From contig CAZRAM010000001.1 of assembly GCA_964598145.1 (NCBI GenBank), positions 371,247 through 435,246 of the forward strand: a stretch of DNA of 64,000 nucleotides. Direction: 5' to 3'. The stretch is from an uncultured Pseudomonadales bacterium. Its GTDB lineage: Bacteria > Pseudomonadota > Gammaproteobacteria > Pseudomonadales > JAHEIH01. The notes beneath the pieces are model-generated. The model made no database searches. It saw only the letters and a program-made list of their open reading frames with translations, and had not been told where the DNA came from. How positions within the stretch are numbered: position 1 is the first letter of the stretch; each line of letters opens with the position of its first letter. A program made the position numbers and the translations under genes. This document shows, in pieces, positions 57,347 through 64,000 of this stretch.

Positions 57347-58015
57347 TTAGAGATCCGCTAGGTGCCCGACTTTGACATAGATTAGGGCGCCTTCCTGCTT
57401 GGTAAACGGTTGGTGCTCGCTCATGTGTGGCGAGCGCAACCACGACCCGGCTGGGTAAGCACCGTGTTCGTCATAAAACACACCTTCCAATACTAAAATT
57501 TCCTCTCCCCCCCAGTGCGTATGGCGCTGGAATTGCGTATTCGGCGCCCATTTAACCAGTGCCACATGTTCAGTACCGAATTCGTGCAACGGCATCACAG
57601 ACAGCCCATCCACTAAACCCGGCAACCACGCTTGCTTATGCGTATTGATGCATAACTGTGCAGAATCGTCAGACACAAACTGATGCAATTTAACAAAAAT
57701 TACCGCGCCTTCATCGCCAATGACGGGAGTGTGAGACGTTCCAATGGGATTTCGTAGATACGTTCCTGCCGGATAGGCGCCATTTTCATCCGCGAACACG
57801 CCTTCTAACACCAGAATTTCTTCACCTCCTCCATGGCTATGGGGGGAAAACTGACTATTTGGTGCATAGCGCACGAGTGAGGTGGCACGCGCTATTTCAT
57901 CGCCGCGACGATCGAGCATCATCCGCTCCACGCCAGGCATGGGTGACGCTACCCATCGGTAGTCCGCAGGTCTCACAACCTCGCGCTGTTGAAAATCATC
58001 ACGAATTTTGGGCAT
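57347..58015 (-). CDS. bicupin protein (ChrR-like cupin domains)
   Basis: Two repeats of the pattern H.H.GGEEILVLEGVF.DE.GAYPAG. Confidence 0.7.
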   Translation of the reverse strand: MPKIRDDFQQREVVRPADYRWVASPMPGVERMMLDRRGDEIARATSLVRYAPNSQFSPHSHGGGEEILVLEGVFADENGAYPAGTYLRNPIGTSHTPVIGDEGAVIFVKLHQFVSDDSAQLCINTHKQAWLPGLVDGLSVMPLHEFGTEHVALVKWAPNTQFQRHTHWGGEEILVLEGVFYDEHGAYPAGSWLRSPHMSEHQPFTKQEGALIYVKVGHLADL

Positions 58016-58149
58016 TAAAACTCCGTAAACAAATTAAAGAAATATACGATATGAGGATTAAACCGATACTAAATTAATTAGTCCCATGTCATTTTAAAGT
58101 TATTAACAGCCTTGTCGATATAACATATAACACCAAGGAGGCGGCATCG

Positions 58150-58326
58150 ATGCAATGCTCACAATGCCAAAAAGATATTCAGGGTAAGCCCTACTGGAAA
58201 AAGTTTTGTCGCGAATGCGCGATTGAAACCGCAGCCCATGCTCACCGACACGAATGGCTCATACTCACCAACAATGCCTGGGCGAATGTTCAGCGCCGTC
58301 TAGCCCCTCTCGACAGTGTGGCGTAA
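58150..58326 (+). CDS. candidate 58-aa zinc-ribbon protein (below ORF-track cutoff)
   Basis: MQCSQCQKDIQGKPYWKKFCRECA... has CxxC-N14-CxxC. An AAGGAGG RBS lies 8 nt upstream of the ATG. Confidence 0.4.
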   Translation: MQCSQCQKDIQGKPYWKKFCRECAIETAAHAHRHEWLILTNNAWANVQRRLAPLDSVA

Positions 58327-58397
58327 GCCACACTTACTCTTCCATGCCTGCCCTGTGCTGATCTATACTCACAGCAAATGACTCAGGGAGCATGGTT

Positions 58398-58592
58398 ATG
58401 CAATCAAATGTAGGTGGTTCAGACAAAGTTGCACGTTTAGTGTTTGGTGGGCTGATTGTCGCCGTCGGTGTTTACTACCAGTCGTGGTGGGGAGCACTTG
58501 GCCTTGTGCCGCTGTTAACCGCAGGCATAAGTTACTGCCCCGCCTACAGCTTAATGGGCTTTTCCAGCCACAAAAATCCTAGCGATCAGTAG
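58398..58592 (+). CDS. DUF2892 (YgaP-like) small membrane protein
   Basis: SNVGGSDKVARLVFGGLIVAVG...LVPLLTAGISYCPAYSLMG is the DUF2892 pattern. The second ATG has better spacing from the GGGAG RBS. Confidence 0.6.
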   Translation: MQSNVGGSDKVARLVFGGLIVAVGVYYQSWWGALGLVPLLTAGISYCPAYSLMGFSSHKNPSDQ

Positions 58593-59841
58593 GAAATACC
58601 AGCTCCACTCTCGTCCCACGGTTTTCACCGGGGGACGACACCTTCAGCCGCCCGCCCATCTTTTCGGCAACGAAACTCACCAACGATAGACCTACGCCGT
58701 TACTTTTTTCACCGGCATGGATGGTTCTAAACAATTTGGTCATCTCGTCGAGATCGTGTTCGCTAAATACGCCGATACCGTTATCCTCGACATAAAATGC
58801 GCTCTCATCACTGCCTGAAACGCAGCCCAAGTGGATCTTACCTCGCTGGGTCGGCTGAAGATTCTTACAGGCATTGTCGATTAACTCATTGAACATGAGA
58901 CTCACCTCGTCGACATCGCCAACTAATGTCATGTCATGGTCGATACGAAACTCGATATCCTCAGAGTAGCGCTTGCGATAAACATCCCCAATTTCACCCA
59001 GCAGCTTCGAAAGATTGATGTCGACGACTTCTCGCGTATTTGTTTGCAAACGGCTGAGTTGGGTAAGGCGCTCCACCATGCCATTTAGCCGCCCGGAAGC
59101 CGCTTCAATGCGTTCTAGATAGAGGTGCTCTTGCGGCGCGAGTTTCTTGTCGCTATCCGTGGCGAGCATTTTAACAAACCCAGAAATCGCTCGAATCGGC
59201 GCCCGTAGGTCGTGGCTGATGGCGTAAATATACTGTCGAAAATTTTCATTCAGACGATCGTTAAGTAGGCGCTGCTGTTGTTTATCTTTTTCAAGCATTC
59301 GAATTTCGTTGGCTTGAATCAACGCCTCATCGACTTGCTGACTAATGGTTTTTCTCATCATTAGGATGGGCCATACCGACACCATGCTGACAAAAGCACC
59401 TATCAGACCAACCCTCAACGCACTACCAACAGCTTGGTATATCTCCCAGCCGATCGCCGCTTGAGTAAGGCCCACACCGAGTAAAATCAACGGCATTGTT
59501 TTAACAGGAAGCGTAAAGCCACACATAACCACGGTAATACTTAGTACCACTAAGCTACGATATTCGTTGTGACTTATGGTGCCAGTAATATAGCCACTGC
59601 CGAGCAAAGCGAAGTAAAAAATGGCAAACACTGGGACAAATGCCAGTTTATTTCGTAGTAGCAATAACAGAGTTGCCGCGCTGGCAATGGCAAGGCGCAC
59701 ATAAAACAGGGTATCAATCGCTGGCAGAGCCGTGATGACTGAGCCCCACAAGGCACAAACCGCCGCCAACAATACGATGCTGCGTTGCCTTTCAAATATT
59801 TGTTGAGTGTTACCTATCAAAGTGGGCTTCCTAGGCTTCAT
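58579..59841 (-). CDS. membrane sensor histidine kinase
   Basis: N-terminal multi-TM region, H-box [17 protein letters not shown], and N/G boxes [22 protein letters not shown]. Confidence 0.8.
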   Translation of the reverse strand: MKPRKPTLIGNTQQIFERQRSIVLLAAVCALWGSVITALPAIDTLFYVRLAIASAATLLLLLRNKLAFVPVFAIFYFALLGSGYITGTISHNEYRSLVVLSITVVMCGFTLPVKTMPLILLGVGLTQAAIGWEIYQAVGSALRVGLIGAFVSMVSVWPILMMRKTISQQVDEALIQANEIRMLEKDKQQQRLLNDRLNENFRQYIYAISHDLRAPIRAISGFVKMLATDSDKKLAPQEHLYLERIEAASGRLNGMVERLTQLSRLQTNTREVVDINLSKLLGEIGDVYRKRYSEDIEFRIDHDMTLVGDVDEVSLMFNELIDNACKNLQPTQRGKIHLGCVSGSDESAFYVEDNGIGVFSEHDLDEMTKLFRTIHAGEKSNGVGLSLVSFVAEKMGGRLKVSSPGENRGTRVELVFPTDR

Positions 59842-59900
59842 TGCTAACAGTGGCGCATATCGGTAGAATGCGCGGTTTTTCTATACGGTAAGACACTGTA

Positions 59901-61391
59901 ATGATAGAACACATCAAACGCGAATGGTTTTTTAATGTTCGCGGCGATTTACTCGCGGGCACTGTCGTCGCCCTCGCCCTCATCCCTGAAGCCATCGCGT
60001 TTTCGATCATTGCCGGTGTCGACCCTAAAGTAGGCCTCTACGCCTCCTTCTGTATTGCGGTGGTTATTGCCTTCGCAGGCGGTCGCCCGGGTATGATTTC
60101 GGCAGCTACTGGCGCCATGGCCCTGCTGATGGTCACCCTAGTTAAGGATTATGGCCTACAGTATTTGTTGGCGGCTACGCTTCTCACCGGTGTGCTGCAA
60201 ATTTTTGCCGGCTATATTAGGCTAGGCAGTTTGATGCGTTTCGTCTCGCGCTCCGTCATGACGGGCTTCGTCAACGCCCTGGCTATTCTTATCTTCATGG
60301 CCCAGTTACCTGAACTGACAAACGTCACCTGGCACGTTTACGCCATGACCGCTGCCGGCCTAGGCATCATCTATTTGTTCCCCTATGTCCCAGTGGTGGG
60401 CAAATCACTGCCCTCGCCATTGGTGTGCATTTTGACCATGACCGCCATCGCGATTGGCTTTGATATCGATATCCGCACCGTATCCGACATGGGCGAACTG
60501 CCAGACACGCTGCCCATTTTCCTGTGGCCCGACGTACCGTTGAATCTTGAAACCCTGCAAATTATTGCGCCCTACTCGATTGGTTTGGCTTTGGTGGGTC
60601 TGCTTGAGACCATGATGACAGCATCAATTGTCGACGACCTAACCGACACCAGTAGCAACCGCGATCGCGAGTGCCGCGGCCAAGGTATCGCCAACATCGC
60701 CGCCGGTTTACTTGGGGGTATGGCGGGTTGCGCCATGATTGGCCAATCGGTGATCAACGTGAAATCAGGCGGACGCGGTCGCTTATCGACGCTATTTGCC
60801 GGGGTGTTGCTGCTCATTATGGTGGTCTTCCTCGACGAGTGGATTGGACGAATCCCTATGGCGGCGCTGGTTGCCGTGATGATCATGGTATCTATCGGTA
60901 CCTTCTCTTGGGCGTCTATTCGCAATTTGAAAGACCATCCTATCTCATCGAACATCGTGATGCTAAGCACCGTGAGCGTGGTGGTCATGACCCACAACCT
61001 TGCCATGGGTGTCTTTGTCGGCGTACTTCTGGCGGCGCTGTTCTTTGCCAACAAAATTGGACGCTTTATGGCGGTTAACAGCCGTAGCGAAGATGCAGGC
61101 CAGCACCGAATTTATACAGTTGTGGGACAGGTATTCTTCGCCTCATCTGAGCAGTTCCTCGCCGCTTTTGATTTCAAAGAAGTCATCGAAAAGGTCACCA
61201 TTGATGTCACCCAAGCCCATTTCTGGGACCTGACCTCAGTCGCGGCCCTTGACAAGGTCATCATTCGCTTCCGTCGCGAGGGATGTGAGGTTAATGTGGT
61301 CGGTATGAACGAAGCCTCTACAACCGTTGTCGATAAATTCGGCGTTCACAATAATCCAGAAGAAGTCGCCAAACTTCTCGGTGGACACTAA
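59901..61391 (+). CDS. SulP family inorganic anion transporter with C-terminal STAS domain
   Basis: [23 protein letters not shown]..., a multi-TM core and a C-terminal STAS domain ([23 protein letters not shown]). Confidence 0.9.
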   Translation: MIEHIKREWFFNVRGDLLAGTVVALALIPEAIAFSIIAGVDPKVGLYASFCIAVVIAFAGGRPGMISAATGAMALLMVTLVKDYGLQYLLAATLLTGVLQIFAGYIRLGSLMRFVSRSVMTGFVNALAILIFMAQLPELTNVTWHVYAMTAAGLGIIYLFPYVPVVGKSLPSPLVCILTMTAIAIGFDIDIRTVSDMGELPDTLPIFLWPDVPLNLETLQIIAPYSIGLALVGLLETMMTASIVDDLTDTSSNRDRECRGQGIANIAAGLLGGMAGCAMIGQSVINVKSGGRGRLSTLFAGVLLLIMVVFLDEWIGRIPMAALVAVMIMVSIGTFSWASIRNLKDHPISSNIVMLSTVSVVVMTHNLAMGVFVGVLLAALFFANKIGRFMAVNSRSEDAGQHRIYTVVGQVFFASSEQFLAAFDFKEVIEKVTIDVTQAHFWDLTSVAALDKVIIRFRREGCEVNVVGMNEASTTVVDKFGVHNNPEEVAKLLGGH

Positions 61392-61401
61392 GGAATCTTC
61401 C

Positions 61402-62247
61402 ATGCAAAAAGTTATTGCCTGTATCGACGGTTCTAGCATCAGCGAAGCGGTATGCGATGCCGCGGCCTGGGCTGCCAACATACTCGAAACCCCATTAATG
61501 CTGCTGCACACGGTCGAAAAACCCGAACTGAGTGAAAGCGACTTATCGGGCACCATCGGTGTCGATGCCCACGACGCGCTACTGACGGAATTGGCGGAAC
61601 TCGATGCCAAGCGTAACAAGTTAGCGGTAGAACACGGCAAAGCCATATTAGCGGCGGCCAAACAGCGCGCGGCAGATGACGGTGCCAAATTCGTCGAAAC
61701 CCTGCAGCGCCATGGTGATGTGCTGGACGCGCTGCAAGAGAAAAGTGATGACATTCGACTGATAGTGATGGGACGCAGTGGTAATAGCGGTAGTATTTCA
61801 AACCACCTCGGCTCGCATGCCGAGCGCGCAGCTAGGGTCAGAAGTGAACCCATCCTTTTAACCGTGGGCGAATTTGCCGCGCCACGCAACTTTATGTTGG
61901 CCTACGATGGGCGTGATACGAGTGTTAAAGCGCTAAAACGCATTGCGGAAAGCCCATTATTGCAGGGACTACCCTGCCATATTGTCATGGTCGGCGACGA
62001 TAACGTTACGAACCATGCTCGACTGGCCGATGCAACCCAATTTATGCAGGAGTTTGGCTTTGAGGTAACCGCTGATCTCATTCCAGGCAATATCTTCAAC
62101 GTACTCAAGGCCTACAAGAAGAGTAACGATATCGAACTACTCGTTATGGGCGCCTATGGCCACTCTGCGGTGCGCGAGTTTTTTGTCGGCAGCAATACAA
62201 CACGAATGATCTCATCCAGCGAAACGCCGCTGCTTATCATCAAGTAA
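61402..62247 (+). CDS. tandem universal stress protein (UspA family)
   Basis: Two Usp domains (MQKVIACIDGS...IVMGRSG; FMLAYDGRD...LVMGAYGHSAVREFFVGSNT). I chose the ATG at 61402 because of the AAGGAA RBS. Confidence 0.85.
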   Translation: MQKVIACIDGSSISEAVCDAAAWAANILETPLMLLHTVEKPELSESDLSGTIGVDAHDALLTELAELDAKRNKLAVEHGKAILAAAKQRAADDGAKFVETLQRHGDVLDALQEKSDDIRLIVMGRSGNSGSISNHLGSHAERAARVRSEPILLTVGEFAAPRNFMLAYDGRDTSVKALKRIAESPLLQGLPCHIVMVGDDNVTNHARLADATQFMQEFGFEVTADLIPGNIFNVLKAYKKSNDIELLVMGAYGHSAVREFFVGSNTTRMISSSETPLLIIK

Positions 62248-62250
62248 TAC

Positions 62251-62278
62251 ATGGCGACCGAGGTCGCCATTTTTTTTT
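62251..62278 (+). terminator. rho-independent terminator (ATGGCGACC-GA-GGTCGCCAT + T8)
   Basis: Perfect GC-rich hairpin followed by TTTTTTTT, directly after the usp stop. Confidence 0.7.
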
Positions 62279-62337
62279 GCCGGCTAGCCACAAATAAAAG
62301 CCATGGTTTATAGTGTGTTAAAGCCTAAGGACTCGCT

Positions 62338-64000
62338 ATGCCAAATCCATCTGATACGCCAAATATTCGCCGTTTCGCTGTTACCGGTGCAAGCTGTGCC
62401 GGTTGCGTCCGCAAAATTGAAAATGGCCTTGCCAAGCTCGAAGGGATCGACAGTGCAAGTCTCAATTTTGCCGATCGCAGCCTGTGCGTCGCTGGGGATC
62501 TAAGCGGCGAAGCGATTATTGCTGCCGTGGAGAGCATCGGATACGGCGCCACGGAACAAACCCACAGCTCCCTGCAAGAGCTAGAAGCTGAAAAGGATCG
62601 CGCTGCCCTGCGGGAAAGACGCACCTTGCAGCTGCGCTCTGCTGCAGCCCTGCTACCCGGTATCGCGATGATGGGTTGGGGCCTAGGCGGTGGTGGTATG
62701 ATGGTCTCTACGCCCGAGCAGCAACTTGGCTGGGGCATGGTAGGTCTCGTGGCCGCTCTGGCAATGGCTTATTCGGGTCGCGCCATCTTTGCCACCGGGT
62801 GGCGCAGTGCGCGACACATGGCTCCTAGCATGGACACCCTCGTCGCGCTTGGCACTGGCGCGGCGTGGCTTTATTCCCTAGCGGTGGTGTTGTTTTACGC
62901 GTCCCTGCCAGCAAGCGCTAGACATGTCTACTTCGAAGCCAGCACCATGATTCTAGGTTTTGTTAATCTGGGGCGTTTGTTAGAACACAATGCTAGACAC
63001 AAAACCGGCGCCGCCATTCGCGCCCTGCTCGACCGACAAGTGACACAAGCCTGGCTCATCGGTGAAGACGGAGACAAGCTATGCCCAGTAGACGCCATCG
63101 GCGTAGGCAAGCGCATCCGCGTTAAACCGGGTGAAACCCTCCCACTCGATGGCGAAATCGACGCTGGCCACGGGGTCATAGATGAAGCGATGCTGAGTGG
63201 CGAGCCCATTCCGGTAGAAAAACAGCCGGGCGATAAAGTCTTTGCCGGATGTGTTAATGGTGCCAGTGCTTTTAGCATGGTCGTGACGGCACGCAGCAAT
63301 GACTCCACCCTGTCCAATATCATTCGCTCGGTGCAACAGGCTCAGGGTGCCAAGCCCCCTATTGGCCAGTTGGCGGATCAAATTTCTGCTGTCTTTGTAC
63401 CGGCGATCATCGCAATCGCCGCGCTTGCCGCGAGTTCGTGGTGGTGGTTTGGGCCGGCGCCACAGGGTGCTTATGCTTTAGTAGTTGGGGTCTCTGTTCT
63501 CATCATAGCTTGCCCTTGTGCGCTGGGATTAGCTACCCCCATGTCGGTCATGGTTGGGGTTGGCCGCGCCGCGCAACTGGGTATTTTAATTCGCAACGGC
63601 GACGCCCTGCAGGGCGCGGCGAGCATCGATACACTGGTCATCGACAAAACCGGCACCCTCACCATGGGCAAACCGGTGGTCAGCCACGAAGAACTGGCGA
63701 GCCATGTCGACAAACACCAGCTCTACACGCTCACACGGTCGCTAGAATCGCACTCTGAGCATGCGTTGGCGGCAGCGTTAGAAGCCTACTGCAAAGAGCG
63801 CGGCGCGGTTACCAACAGTGTTGAGAGCATCGACATTGCCCGAGGTTTGGGCTTGCGCGGTAGCGTTGCCCATGTGGATGTTGCCATCGGCAGCGAGCGC
63901 TACATGGCGGCGCTAGGGATTAGCGTGCCTGCCCACGCCAAGGACGACGGTTTCAGTGTGGTCTACGTGGCTATCGATGACCAGTATGCGGCGCGCTTTT
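62338..64000 (+). CDS. copA: copper-translocating P1B-type ATPase (N-terminal ~554 aa; continues beyond the right edge)
   Basis: N-terminal HMA domain with CxxC (VTGASCAGCV), TGE-region (AMLSGEP), the TM6 sequence IIACPCALGLATPMSVMVGVGRAAQLGILIRNGDALQ (very close to E. coli CopA) and DKTGTLT. The frame is open to position 64000. Confidence 0.9.
   Translation, partial: MPNPSDTPNIRRFAVTGASCAGCVRKIENGLAKLEGIDSASLNFADRSLCVAGDLSGEAIIAAVESIGYGATEQTHSSLQELEAEKDRAALRERRTLQLRSAAALLPGIAMMGWGLGGGGMMVSTPEQQLGWGMVGLVAALAMAYSGRAIFATGWRSARHMAPSMDTLVALGTGAAWLYSLAVVLFYASLPASARHVYFEASTMILGFVNLGRLLEHNARHKTGAAIRALLDRQVTQAWLIGEDGDKLCPVDAIGVGKRIRVKPGETLPLDGEIDAGHGVIDEAMLSGEPIPVEKQPGDKVFAGCVNGASAFSMVVTARSNDSTLSNIIRSVQQAQGAKPPIGQLADQISAVFVPAIIAIAALAASSWWWFGPAPQGAYALVVGVSVLIIACPCALGLATPMSVMVGVGRAAQLGILIRNGDALQGAASIDTLVIDKTGTLTMGKPVVSHEELASHVDKHQLYTLTRSLESHSEHALAAALEAYCKERGAVTNSVESIDIARGLGLRGSVAHVDVAIGSERYMAALGISVPAHAKDDGFSVVYVAIDDQYAARF

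Noticed and set aside
56116-58149. Genomic island integrated at the tRNA-His 3' end
   Set aside because: There is no integrase gene, and I noticed no direct repeat of the tRNA 3' end downstream. The following genes (amidohydrolase, cupin) look like ordinary chromosomal genes.

Overview
This is a 64-kb chromosomal window from a gammaproteobacterium. The local synteny (nhaB, then dnaQ-rnhA-methyltransferase, then gloB-mltD) resembles Pseudomonadales/Cellvibrionales-type bacteria, but I cannot verify the taxon without a search. Most of the window is ordinary core genome: BI-1/YccA, a hybrid sensor kinase with a receiver protein, a P2-type ATPase, a LacI-controlled GMC-oxidoreductase/DUF1080 cluster, sohB, nhaB, dnaQ, rnhA, gloB, mltD, an HDOD protein, an AddAB-like helicase-nuclease pair, DAHP synthase, nfuA, metH, cysI+DUF934, a tRNA-Pro/Arg/His operon, SulP, USP and copA. 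The main accessory feature is a complete 16,334-bp Tn3-family transposon at 13505-29838. It has 38-bp terminal inverted repeats with one mismatch and a 5-bp TTATA target duplication. It carries a divergent TnpT-like/TnpS-like resolution module, a heavy-metal efflux cargo (two CDF transporters, an HME-RND CBA pump, small periplasmic His/Cys-rich proteins and a MerR regulator), a Phd/unknown-ORF/ParE module and a tnpA gene with an in-frame TGA at codon 34. A 193-bp non-autonomous element is nested inside the transposon and splits ynfA. Its termini look like Tn7 ends (TGTGGGCA...), it has repeated subterminal sites, and it is flanked by a 5-bp ACAGT duplication. The transposon inserted within the last codons of the gene upstream of sohB. 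All functional names come from motif and family recognition by eye; no database search was run.
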